From contig JABDEK010000009.1 of assembly GCA_013287135.1 (NCBI GenBank), positions 8,462 to 72,461 on the forward strand: 64,000 nucleotides of DNA. Direction: 5' to 3'. The position numbers and the translations under genes are program-made. The DNA comes from Acidobacteriota bacterium. GTDB taxonomy: Bacteria; Acidobacteriota; Terriglobia; Acidiferrales; UBA7541. Positions within the stretch are counted from its first letter, which is position 1. Each line of letters starts with the position of its first letter. Below the pieces are notes generated by a model, which saw nothing but the letters and a program-made list of their open reading frames with translations, was not told the DNA's origin and did not search any database. Below, piece after piece: positions 10,988-19,537 of the stretch.

Positions 10988-11887
10988 ATGATCGTTATTG
11001 CTGGAGCGACTGGAAACACAGGAAGGGTTGCCGTCGAAGCGCTGCTCGCTAGCGGTGCGAAAGTACGCGCCATCGGCCGCGCCGCGAAGAAGCTGGAACC
11101 GTTGACGCAGAAGGGCGCGGAGGCTTTTGTCGGCAACGCGGAAGATGCGGCGCAGATGTCGAAAGCCTTTGAGGGCGCGACGGCGGTTTATCTGTTGATT
11201 CCGCAGTCGGCTGACGAGGATTACCGCGCGTACCAAGACTCCGTTTCCGATGCGTACTTGAAAGCGATTACCAGCGCGCGCGTGCCCTACGCTGTGACGC
11301 TGAGTAGTTTGGGGGCGCAACATCCGGAAAAGACTGGGCCGATCGTTGGGACCTATCATCTGGAACAAAAAATGAATAGCGTGCCGGGACTTCATGTGTT
11401 GCATCTGCGGCCCGGGCCGTTCATGGAAAATTTATTTATGGGCATGGTGCCCCTGCGCACCATGGGTTTTCTGCCGGGCGGAACAGACAGCGACCTGCCG
11501 GTGCCCATGATCGCGGCTAAAGACATCGGCGCTTACGCTGCGAAACGACTTCACGCACGCGATTTTTCGGGCAGCTCGGTGCAAGAATTGTTTGGTCCGC
11601 GTGATGTGACCATGAAGGAAGTCGCGAAAATAGTTGGCGAGGCGATAGGCAAACCTAAACTCAGCTATATGCATGTGCCGGCCATGATGCTGGAACCCGC
11701 TCTGGTGCAGACGGGCATGCCGAAAAAAACGGCCAAGCTGTTGATCGAAATGTGGAAGGCGGGAAATTCCGGCTTGCTTACACCGCTGGAAAAGCGTTCG
11801 GCGGAAAATACTAGGCCGACCACGATCGAGTCTTTTGTGACAGAAGTGTTCGCTCCTGCGTACCTTGCTAAAGGCGCAGGCGCCTAA
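10988..11887 (+). CDS. NmrA-family NAD(P)-binding protein (atypical SDR)
   Basis: 299 aa. N-terminal Rossmann motif MIVIAGATGNTGRVAVEALLASGAKVRAIGR and overall NmrA-like length and organisation. Confidence 0.8.
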   Translation: MIVIAGATGNTGRVAVEALLASGAKVRAIGRAAKKLEPLTQKGAEAFVGNAEDAAQMSKAFEGATAVYLLIPQSADEDYRAYQDSVSDAYLKAITSARVPYAVTLSSLGAQHPEKTGPIVGTYHLEQKMNSVPGLHVLHLRPGPFMENLFMGMVPLRTMGFLPGGTDSDLPVPMIAAKDIGAYAAKRLHARDFSGSSVQELFGPRDVTMKEVAKIVGEAIGKPKLSYMHVPAMMLEPALVQTGMPKKTAKLLIEMWKAGNSGLLTPLEKRSAENTRPTTIESFVTEVFAPAYLAKGAGA

Positions 11888-11948
11888 AACTTTCTTTGAA
11901 TCCTCGACAATAGTGTTTTCCACCAAGTGACGCTGTATCATCGCAACC

Positions 11949-13205
11949 GTGCCAGACTGGCTGATTACGGGGTGCTCGCAGATTTTAACGCTGCGCGGTC
12001 CTGTGCCGCGGCGAGGGCGCGCGCTTAGCCAGCTTGAAATCATTCGCGACGGTGCGATTTTGGTGCATCAGGATCGCATCGCGGCGGTGGGCGCGAAGCG
12101 TCGCATCGAACGGCTGCCCAAAGCGAGACATGCGGAAAAGTTGGAACTCGGCGGCCGCGTTGTTCTACCGGGGTTCGTCGATTCGCACACCCACCTGATT
12201 TTTCCTTTTAGCCGCGCCGCTGAATACGAGCAACGCATTTCGGGCTCTACGTATGAAGAAATTGCGCGCTCGGGCGGCGGAATTCGCTCGACGGTAAAAC
12301 ATTTGCGCAGCGCTTCGGCTCGGGTGCTGAAAGCACGGGCGCTGAAAAATCTTCGTGAGTTTGCGGCGCACGGTACTACCACCATCGAAGCGAAGAGTGG
12401 TTACGGGCTGGATTGGAAAAGCGAGCTGAAGATTCTAGAGATTCTCTACGACCTTCATCAGGAGCATCCGCTCGACATTCACGCGACATTTCTGGGGGCG
12501 CACGTGGTGCCGCAGGAATTTCGGCGGCGTCCCGAGGCTTATGTCGATTTGCTGACGCGCCGATGGATCCCTGCGGTGGCGACCGCGGGGTTGGCTGAGT
12601 TTTGCGATGTTTTCTGCGACCGCGGTGCGTTTACCGTGGACCAATCGCGGCGGATTCTGATGGCTGGACGAGCGGGCGGCTTGGTTCCGCGCATTCATGC
12701 CGAGCAGCTGGCGCACACGGGGGCGGTGCGTCTCGCGATTGAGTTGCAAGCCGCGAGCGCCGATCATCTGGAAAAAATAACTCGCGGTGATATTCAAGCG
12801 CTCGGACTTTCGAATGTGGTTTGCACCCTGTTGCCGGGGTGCTGCTTCCATCTTGGGCTGAAGGACTACGCGCCGGGCCGCCAGCTAATTGAGGCAGGGG
12901 CGATCTTGGGTATCGCTACCGACTTTAATCCTGGAACCAGCCCGACTCTCAGCATGACCATGATTTTGTCATTGGCTTGCACGCAAATGCGTATGACGCC
13001 GGCGGAAGCGATCACGGCTGCGACAATCAATCCAGCGTACTCCTTGCGCGTGCACGATCGCGTGGGCTCGCTCGAGGTTGGCAAATATGCGGACCTGGCT
13101 GCGTTTGACGTGGCCGACTATCGTGAAATCCCGTATTATTTTGGTGTGAATCTTTGCAGCCTCACGATGAAACGCGGCGCCATCCTGCATATGAAGAACC
13201 TCTAA
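11949..13205 (+). CDS. hutI: imidazolonepropionase
   Basis: 418 aa with a GTG start. Amidohydrolase metal motif VLPGFVDSHTHLIF, then GTTTIEAKSGYGL, HAEQL and ATDFNPGTSP, typical of HutI. Confidence 0.93.
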   Translation: MPDWLITGCSQILTLRGPVPRRGRALSQLEIIRDGAILVHQDRIAAVGAKRRIERLPKARHAEKLELGGRVVLPGFVDSHTHLIFPFSRAAEYEQRISGSTYEEIARSGGGIRSTVKHLRSASARVLKARALKNLREFAAHGTTTIEAKSGYGLDWKSELKILEILYDLHQEHPLDIHATFLGAHVVPQEFRRRPEAYVDLLTRRWIPAVATAGLAEFCDVFCDRGAFTVDQSRRILMAGRAGGLVPRIHAEQLAHTGAVRLAIELQAASADHLEKITRGDIQALGLSNVVCTLLPGCCFHLGLKDYAPGRQLIEAGAILGIATDFNPGTSPTLSMTMILSLACTQMRMTPAEAITAATINPAYSLRVHDRVGSLEVGKYADLAAFDVADYREIPYYFGVNLCSLTMKRGAILHMKNL

Positions 13206-13208
13206 ATA

Positions 13209-14726
13209 ATGAAACGACTCGTCGAATGTGTTCCAAACTTTTCCGAAGGGCGCGACGCATCGAAGGTGGATGCGATTGTGTCGGCCATGCGCGAAGCGCC
13301 CGGCGTGTATCTGCTGGACCGCGAGAGCGACAGTGATCATAACCGCAGCGTGGTGACGCTTGCGGGCGAGCCCGAAGCTGTAGCAGAAGCTGCTCTGCGG
13401 GGCGTGGGCAAAGCGGCTGAGCTGATCGACTTGACCAAACACTCCGGCGCGCACCCGCGTATGGGCGCGACCGACGTGGTTCCCTTCATCCCCATCGAAG
13501 GGGTGACCATCGAGGATTGCGTTGCGCTGGCAAAAAAAGTTGGACGCGAGATTTGGGAGCGGTTTCGCATTCCCGTTTATTTCTACGAAGCTGCGGCGCA
13601 GCGGCCAGAACGCACGAATCTGGAGAACATTCGCAAAGGGCAATTCGAGGGCTTGCTGGCGGAAGTGCCGCGCAATATCGACCGCGCTCCGGATATTGGC
13701 GAGCAACGTTTGCATCCTACGGCGGGCGCGACGGTAGTTGGCGCGCGCAAATTTCTGATTGCTTACAACATCAATCTGAACACATCGGATGTGAGCATCG
13801 CGAATCGCATCGGCAAGAATATACGTTTCTCAAACGGCGGTCTGCGCTACGTCAAGGCCATGGGTGTGGATTTGCGCGGAAGGAATCTGGCGCAAGTGTC
13901 AATTAACCTGACGGATTTCGAGCAGACGCCTATCCATCGCGTATTCGAGATGGTGAAGCGTGAGGCGGAGCGATACGGCGTGTCTATCGTAGGCAGCGAA
14001 ATCGTGGGTTTGATTCCCAAGAAAGCAATGGAACTGACTACGGACTTTTATCTGCAACTCGAAAACTTTTCGCCAGCACAAGTATTTGAGAATCGTATGG
14101 AGGCTTCGTTCGCTGGCGCCGCTTCGGCGGAAGGCCCTGGAAAATTGGCGTGGCTGGCGCAACCATTTCTGGACGCGCTGGCCCAGCCGACGGCGACGCC
14201 CGGCGGAGGTTCGGTAGCAGCACTGGCCGGCGCACTCGGCGCGAGCCTGGGGCAGATGGTTGCCGGGTTGTCGCGGAAGAAAAAATCGCAAGCAGCCTAT
14301 GTGGAACCCCTGAGCGATGCTCTCGCGGAATTTCATGTTGCATCGCGTACGCTGTCGGAAGCGATCGATCGCGACGCGGCTTCGTTTGAATCCGTGATGG
14401 CAGCGTACAAGCTGCCGCAATCGACGCCGGAAGAACAAGGACGCCGCGAATCCGCAATCCAGAATGCCTTGCAAGGCGCCGCGAATGTCCCGATGGAAGT
14501 GGCGCGGAAAGCCGTGCAGGTTTTGGATTTGCTCGGAAAGCTGGAAGGCCTGGCCAGCCCGTCCATGCTCTCGGATATTCGCGTGGGCCGTCTAATGGCT
14601 GGGGCGGCGGTCCGAGGAGCGCTTGAAAACGTAAGAATTAATCTGGAGTCCATCACCGATTCCGGCTTTTCGGCGCGCCTTCGCTCTGAATCCGAGTTAC
14701 TGGCCGCGCGCATAGGAAAAAGTTGA
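13209..14726 (+). CDS. ftcD: bifunctional glutamate formimidoyltransferase / formimidoyltetrahydrofolate cyclodeaminase
   Basis: 505 aa. The N-terminal MKRLVECVPNFSEGRD...HNRSVVT...HPRMGATDVVPF matches formiminotransferase N and C subdomains. The C-terminal ~190 aa (PTATPGGGSVAALAGALGASLGQMVAGLS...) match the cyclodeaminase (FTCD_C) domain. The start lies 3 nt after the hutI stop. Confidence 0.9.
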   Translation: MKRLVECVPNFSEGRDASKVDAIVSAMREAPGVYLLDRESDSDHNRSVVTLAGEPEAVAEAALRGVGKAAELIDLTKHSGAHPRMGATDVVPFIPIEGVTIEDCVALAKKVGREIWERFRIPVYFYEAAAQRPERTNLENIRKGQFEGLLAEVPRNIDRAPDIGEQRLHPTAGATVVGARKFLIAYNINLNTSDVSIANRIGKNIRFSNGGLRYVKAMGVDLRGRNLAQVSINLTDFEQTPIHRVFEMVKREAERYGVSIVGSEIVGLIPKKAMELTTDFYLQLENFSPAQVFENRMEASFAGAASAEGPGKLAWLAQPFLDALAQPTATPGGGSVAALAGALGASLGQMVAGLSRKKKSQAAYVEPLSDALAEFHVASRTLSEAIDRDAASFESVMAAYKLPQSTPEEQGRRESAIQNALQGAANVPMEVARKAVQVLDLLGKLEGLASPSMLSDIRVGRLMAGAAVRGALENVRINLESITDSGFSARLRSESELLAARIGKS

Positions 14727-14846
14727 TTCCGCCAAGGACCCTTTTAGCATCTATACTAGACAGGTACGGTGCCCGAGATTTACTTTCGAACTTCAACCTG
14801 CGGCTCGACCGCTGCGGTAGATAATTTACCTGAGGGGAAAACAATC

Positions 14847-15842
14847 GTGAGACAGCCACTTGTTCGAAACATGCTTTTGACAGTCGTGGGGGCGGCCGCG
14901 CTGCTCGGTATTTTGACAACTATTTCTCCGCGACTCTCGGCCGGCTCGGTGAGCACCACGGTCGTGGGAATGTTCCCCAAGAACACTTCCGAATTCGCCT
15001 ACGCGGATTTGAAGGGAGCCCGGAAGCTTTCCTGGTTCTCGCAAATGCAGGACCAGATGCTCCCCGCGCACATGCGCCAGTTCGAACAGTTCCTTGCTTC
15101 CGCAGGAGTGGACCCGAATTCACAGGTGGACAGCCTTGCCTGGGGAACGATTCTAGCTCCCGGCGGCGACAGCGGAGACATCTTGGGCGTTGCGCTCGGC
15201 GGTTTTGATCCATCGAGTACGGAAGCGAAGTTCAAAGCTCAGAAGATACCGATGGTTGAGGAGCAGGGCTACCACTTGTATGCGTTTGGAAGCGGTGGTG
15301 CGGCCAACGACATTTTCTTCTTTTTTCTGGATTCCAACACAGCCGCCTTCGGCAATCGCGCGTCTTTGGATAAAATGATCGATGTGCGCACGGGTAACAG
15401 CGAAAGCTTGTTGGCCAATGACAAAATCTTTCCACTCATCAGCGAAGCCAATGGCACGGGGCTAATCTGGGCGGTCTTGGATAAGACTTCGACCACAATG
15501 GCGATGCATCAATTGCTGCCGCAAGCCAGCCAGTTCCCGCAGGCTGCGGCCATTATCGGACGCATTCGCGCCATGATTATCAGCGTAAACGCCGACTCCG
15601 GACTAGACGTCCAGTTTCAAGCGGTGTGTGAATCAGTCGATGATGCCAACACACTTGGCGCGGCGATGCAGGCAGGCGTGATGTACCGGCGTTATCAGGA
15701 AGCGCAATCGAATCCTGATTTTGCCAAGGCGCTGGACCACGTTCGCGTAACTCCTACGGGAGATCGTCTGAAGATCGATGCGCCGGTTAGCCAGGACGAG
15801 CTGATGTCGTTGATTCGCACCAAGGCTCTTGCTCCTTCCTAG
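14847..15842 (+). CDS. hypothetical exported/membrane-anchored protein
   Basis: Long ORF with coding-like composition. A GTG at 14847 is preceded by GAGGGG and followed by a signal/anchor helix MLLTVVGAAALLGILTTI. No family recognised. Start uncertain (alternatives at 14769 and 14871). Confidence 0.55.
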   Translation: MRQPLVRNMLLTVVGAAALLGILTTISPRLSAGSVSTTVVGMFPKNTSEFAYADLKGARKLSWFSQMQDQMLPAHMRQFEQFLASAGVDPNSQVDSLAWGTILAPGGDSGDILGVALGGFDPSSTEAKFKAQKIPMVEEQGYHLYAFGSGGAANDIFFFFLDSNTAAFGNRASLDKMIDVRTGNSESLLANDKIFPLISEANGTGLIWAVLDKTSTTMAMHQLLPQASQFPQAAAIIGRIRAMIISVNADSGLDVQFQAVCESVDDANTLGAAMQAGVMYRRYQEAQSNPDFAKALDHVRVTPTGDRLKIDAPVSQDELMSLIRTKALAPS

Positions 15843-15880
15843 ATGAAGCGGAACTTCGGGAATTCCTGCGGGGCGGCGGG

Positions 15881-16318
15881 CTAGATTTTTGCGCGGCGTC
15901 CTTCACAATATTTGATCAGGGTCGTGCGCGACACCCCGTTGCGCGTTTCGTACTGCACGCGATCGACGCTGGACCTCTGCAGGGCGTCGCTCAGCCGCGC
16001 TTGCGAACCGGACCCACTGCCTACAAAAGTGTCGAGACCCGCTGAAGGAAGCGATTCTCCGGAGTGCTCGATGGCAATTTCCACGCGGTCCGGAAAATCC
16101 GAGACAATTACTTTTAGAGCGGAGTTTGAGTTTCCATTGGTGTTTACGAGCGGGAAGGTTTCGCGGCAGGCATCCGCAGTAGCCGCAGCGAGCCCTTCTT
16201 GCGCGTCGCTCGAAAGTCCGCAGCGCTGGCCGGCGAACAACACAATTGCAGCGACTCCGGCAATGAGCCGGGGATCGTCCTGCAGGGTGAGTTCGGTACG
16301 GCTGGGATCAGTGCTCAT
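15881..16318 (-). CDS. hypothetical protein with anti-sigma-factor-kinase/HATPase-like layout (degenerate)
   Basis: 145 aa. The layout (L-x-L-x-DP..L..V...V, an acidic helix GLAAATADACRETF, LKVIVSDFPDRVEIAIEHSG, C-terminal VSRTTLIKY) resembles RsbW/SpoIIAB-type HATPase_c folds. The canonical N-box (E..NA..H) is not evident. Weak call. Confidence 0.45.
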   Translation of the reverse strand: MSTDPSRTELTLQDDPRLIAGVAAIVLFAGQRCGLSSDAQEGLAAATADACRETFPLVNTNGNSNSALKVIVSDFPDRVEIAIEHSGESLPSAGLDTFVGSGSGSQARLSDALQRSSVDRVQYETRNGVSRTTLIKYCEGRRAKI

Positions 16319-16481
16319 CTTTGTCTGCTAACCGCACGTCGCAAGCCTCGCGGCAATCGGGACAATAATACATGCCATCCACGCCCATGCGGATGTCGAA
16401 CTGAGCCTGGCAGAAGCAGCAGTATTTTACACAGGTACACTCTAGTTCCGGCTTCTCACACTGCGAGCAGAGAGTGACCAA
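16308..16481 (-). CDS. 57-aa cysteine-rich (10 Cys) zinc-ribbon-like microprotein
   Basis: A TTG at 16481-16479 is preceded by GGAGG (16493-16489, 7-nt spacer). Translation: (M)VTLCSQCEKPELECTCVKYCCFCQAQFDIRMGVDGMYYCPDCREACDVRLADKDEH. Its stop overlaps the ATG of the downstream 145-aa gene by 11 nt. The 123-aa version in the ORF track would run through the gcvT promoter and start, and was rejected. Confidence 0.45.
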   Translation of the reverse strand: MVTLCSQCEKPELECTCVKYCCFCQAQFDIRMGVDGMYYCPDCREACDVRLADKDEH

Positions 16482-16568
16482 GTGTCTGCCTCCGGTAGGC
16501 CGGGGTTCGCCTTGGGTCAATCTTAGGGCATGCTTGGGCCGCGAACAAGGGACATCTGGCCGCGTTCC

Positions 16569-16598
16569 TTGACAACGAGAAAACACGCATGCTAGCTT
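16569..16598 (+). promoter_or_regulatory. candidate sigma70-type promoter of the gcv operon
   Basis: A perfect -35 TTGACA (16569-16574), an 18-nt spacer, then a TAGCTT -10-like hexamer (16593-16598), about 30 nt upstream of the gcvT GTG start. Pattern match only. Confidence 0.3.
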
Positions 16599-16629
16599 CG
16601 ATGTTCGTTCGCATGATGAGAAATTCTCA

Positions 16630-17739
16630 GTGACAACTCCGGCAACCGCTGCACTACGCAAGACCGCTTTGAATTCCATTCATCGGCAGCTAGGCGCCAA
16701 AATGGTGAATTTCGGCGGCTGGGACATGCCGCTCGAATACTCCGGCATTCTGGCCGAGCATGAAGCGGTGCGCACACGCGCCGGGCTGTTTGACGTAAGC
16801 CACATGGGCGAAATTGAAATTCGCGGGCCAGGCGCGTTGGGCTTGGTGCAACTGGTGTCTTGCAACAACGCCGCGAAGCTTGCCCTTGGGCAGGCGCACT
16901 ATTCGGGGCTGATGACTTCGCGCGGAACTTTTGTGGACGATTTGCTGGTACACAAAATTTCCGACACGCACTATATGCTGTGCGTCAACGCCGGAAATCA
17001 GGATCAGGATTACCAGCATATCGTCGAGCACAATAAATTCGACGCACAGGTGGAAAACGCGGGGCCGCGATATTGTCAGCTCGCGATTCAAGGACCGCGC
17101 GCGAAAGACATCTTGCAGCGGCTTACTCCGGTGGCTCTGGATTCGATCCGTTACTATCATTTCACCTTCGGGAAAGCTAGCGGCGTTGACTGCTTGATCG
17201 CGCGCACCGGTTACACTGGTGAAGATGGCTTCGAAATATATTTTGCTCCAGAGCATGCGGCAAAGCTTTGGGGCGACCTGATGCAAGCGGGAGGGCCGGC
17301 GGGCATGCTTCCCTGCGGGTTAGGGGCGCGTAACACGTTGCGTCTTGAGGCAGGCATGTGCCTCTACGGACATGAAATTGATGACACCACCACGCCATGG
17401 GAAGCGGGGCTGGGTTGGATTTGCAAGATGGAAAAGGCGCCATTTCTGGGCAGCGATGTGTTGGCGCAGCAAAAACGGGATGGGCTCACGCGCAAGCTGG
17501 TCGGGTTTGAAATGCTCGACAAGCGTATCGGGCGCGACGGCTATCCTGTGCTCATCGGCGGCAAAGAAGTGGGACGCGTCACCAGCGGCGGGCCTGCGCC
17601 GTTTCTGAGGAAAAATATCGGCATGGCTTACGTACCTCCGGAATTCAGCACGGTCGGAATGGACATTGTTATAGGGATACGCGGCCAGGGGGAAACGGCC
17701 CGAATCGTCGCGCTACCATTTTATAAGCGACCGCAATAG
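16630..17739 (+). CDS. gcvT: glycine cleavage system aminomethyltransferase T
   Basis: 369 aa with a GTG start. LGAKMVNFGGWDMPLEYSGILAEHEAVRTRAGLFDVSHMGE and ARTGYTGEDGFEI are hallmark GcvT motifs. Confidence 0.95.
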   Translation: MTTPATAALRKTALNSIHRQLGAKMVNFGGWDMPLEYSGILAEHEAVRTRAGLFDVSHMGEIEIRGPGALGLVQLVSCNNAAKLALGQAHYSGLMTSRGTFVDDLLVHKISDTHYMLCVNAGNQDQDYQHIVEHNKFDAQVENAGPRYCQLAIQGPRAKDILQRLTPVALDSIRYYHFTFGKASGVDCLIARTGYTGEDGFEIYFAPEHAAKLWGDLMQAGGPAGMLPCGLGARNTLRLEAGMCLYGHEIDDTTTPWEAGLGWICKMEKAPFLGSDVLAQQKRDGLTRKLVGFEMLDKRIGRDGYPVLIGGKEVGRVTSGGPAPFLRKNIGMAYVPPEFSTVGMDIVIGIRGQGETARIVALPFYKRPQ

Positions 17740-17778
17740 CTCAGCAGCATCCAATTGAGTCACACTGACGGAGCGCTC

Positions 17779-18177
17779 ATGTACCCAAAGGACTATCGCT
17801 ACACGAAGGAGCATGAATGGATCAAGGTGGATGGCGCGAACGGGACCATTGGCGTCACGCATTACGCGCAACACGAGCTGGGTGATGTGGTGTTCGTCGA
17901 AATGCCTAAGGTAGGAGCACAGCTCAAAGCACGGCAGTCTTTTGGAACCATCGAGTCCGTGAAAGCTGTGAGCGAGATTTTCAGTCCGGTTGCGGGCGAA
18001 GTGATTGAAACAAACCCCGCGCTTGCAGACGCTCCCGAGCTAATCAACAAAGATCCGCATGGCGGGGCATGGCTTATTAAGGTGCGGCTTGCCGATCGCA
18101 AGGAAGCTTCGGCGCTGATGGATGCCGCGGCGTACGAAGCTTACATCGCAGGCCAGGCCAAGGAACATTCCGCCTGA
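17779..18177 (+). CDS. gcvH: glycine cleavage system protein H
   Basis: [12 protein letters not shown]...[17 protein letters not shown] and the lipoyl-lysine motif ESVKAVSEI. The start is trimmed to the ATG at 17779, preceded by GACGGAG. The track start at 17755 is a TTG. Confidence 0.95.
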   Translation: MYPKDYRYTKEHEWIKVDGANGTIGVTHYAQHELGDVVFVEMPKVGAQLKARQSFGTIESVKAVSEIFSPVAGEVIETNPALADAPELINKDPHGGAWLIKVRLADRKEASALMDAAAYEAYIAGQAKEHSA

Positions 18178-19523
18178 TGCGATATTTGCCCAAGAGTCCT
18201 TCCGAACGCCGGGAAATGCTTGAAGCGATCGGCGTGCAGTCCGTAAACGAACTTTTCGAGTCGATTCCGGAAAAATTCCGGTTGCGCGCGCCTCTGGCTT
18301 TGCCTGCGGCGCTTTCGGAACCGGAAATCATTCAATATTTTCAAGCGCGCGCTGCGGAAAATTCCAAAGGCTATACTTCATTTCTGGGTGCCGGCGTTTA
18401 TTCGCACGTGCGCTCGGTGGTCACTGACGCGCTCGTTCAACGCGGTGAGTTCCTCACTTCCTATACACCGTATCAGGCTGAGTTCGCGCAAGGCACACTC
18501 ACGGCGATTTTCGAATTTCAGACGCTGATGTGCCAGTTAACCGGGCAGGAAGTGGCTAACGCTTCGATGTATGACGGATCGACCGCGCTCACCGAAGCTG
18601 TGCTCATGGCCGAACGGATTACTGGCCGCCATCGCGTCTTGGTGGGGCGAAGCGTTCACCCTGAATATCGACATGTTTTGCAGACTTACGCGAAAAATCT
18701 GGGCATGCAGATAGAAGAGATCGGTTACACCGAATCCGGACAGCTGGATCGCGCGGCGTTGAAGAAGGAAAGTCTGGAGCAAGCGGCTGCCATCGTTGTT
18801 CAGTCGCCGAACTTTTTCGGTGTGATTGAAGAGATTGCGGCGCTGGCGGAAGCTGCTCACCGTTCTGGCGCGTTGCTGGTTACCGGGATCGCCGAGGCTG
18901 TTTCGCTGGGAATCGTGCGGCCGCCGGCTGAAGCGGATATCGTGGCGATGGAGGGGCAATCGTTCGGCATTTCACCAAGTTACGGTGGGCCTTATGTGGG
19001 AGTAATCGCCACGCGAGATAAGTTCGTGCGCCAGATGCCGGGGCGTTTGGCAGGCCAGACTACCGATGCAGAAGGCCGGCGCGGGTTCGTTCTGACGCTG
19101 GCGACACGCGAGCAACATATTCGCCGCGAAAAAGCCACTTCGAACATTTGCACGAATGAAGCGCTCTTTGCGCTGGTTGCGACGATTCATCTGAGCTTGC
19201 TGGGCAAAGAAGGATTGCGCGAACAGGCCTTGCAGAATTTGGCCAAAGCGCGGTTCGCTCAGGCAGAGCTGGAAACAATTCCCGGAGTGCGGCGCGTATT
19301 CTCGGGGCCATCGTTCAACGAGTTCGTGCTGGAGTTTCCGCGCTCGGTGAAGATGGTGAACCAGGATCTCCTGCGCGAGAAAATTATCGGGCCGTTCGCG
19401 CTCGGCACGCATTATCCGGAACTCACGAAACGCGCGCTTGTTTGCGTGACTGAAACTACGCCGCGCGCTGAAATTGAACGTTTGGCTGCGGCCACACGGA
19501 AAATACTCGAAAGACCTGTCTAA
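18177..19523 (+). CDS. gcvPA: glycine dehydrogenase (decarboxylating) subunit 1
   Basis: 448 aa. [19 protein letters not shown]..., [24 protein letters not shown]. The ATG overlaps the gcvH TGA (TGATG). Confidence 0.95.
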   Translation: MRYLPKSPSERREMLEAIGVQSVNELFESIPEKFRLRAPLALPAALSEPEIIQYFQARAAENSKGYTSFLGAGVYSHVRSVVTDALVQRGEFLTSYTPYQAEFAQGTLTAIFEFQTLMCQLTGQEVANASMYDGSTALTEAVLMAERITGRHRVLVGRSVHPEYRHVLQTYAKNLGMQIEEIGYTESGQLDRAALKKESLEQAAAIVVQSPNFFGVIEEIAALAEAAHRSGALLVTGIAEAVSLGIVRPPAEADIVAMEGQSFGISPSYGGPYVGVIATRDKFVRQMPGRLAGQTTDAEGRRGFVLTLATREQHIRREKATSNICTNEALFALVATIHLSLLGKEGLREQALQNLAKARFAQAELETIPGVRRVFSGPSFNEFVLEFPRSVKMVNQDLLREKIIGPFALGTHYPELTKRALVCVTETTPRAEIERLAAATRKILERPV

Positions 19524-19537
19524 GGGAGCTGTTTAGG

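Noticed and set aside
12969-13715. 248-aa ORF antisense to hutI/ftcD
   Set aside because: It spans the junction of two strongly supported plus-strand genes. Its composition is Arg/His/Ala-rich and no family is recognised.
16482-16629. Expected glycine riboswitch upstream of gcvT
   Set aside because: I searched by eye for the conserved GGAGAG...ACCGAAGGGGCAA-type cores of either aptamer and found none. This cannot be excluded without a covariance-model scan.
16308-16679. 123-aa ORF as listed in the track (MEFKAVLRS...)
   Set aside because: Its 5' two-thirds run antisense across the gcvT start codon and the promoter-like element. That part is Arg/Pro/Ser-rich and shows no coding character. 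Only the 3' 57 codons, which have their own GGAGG-TTG start, are kept.
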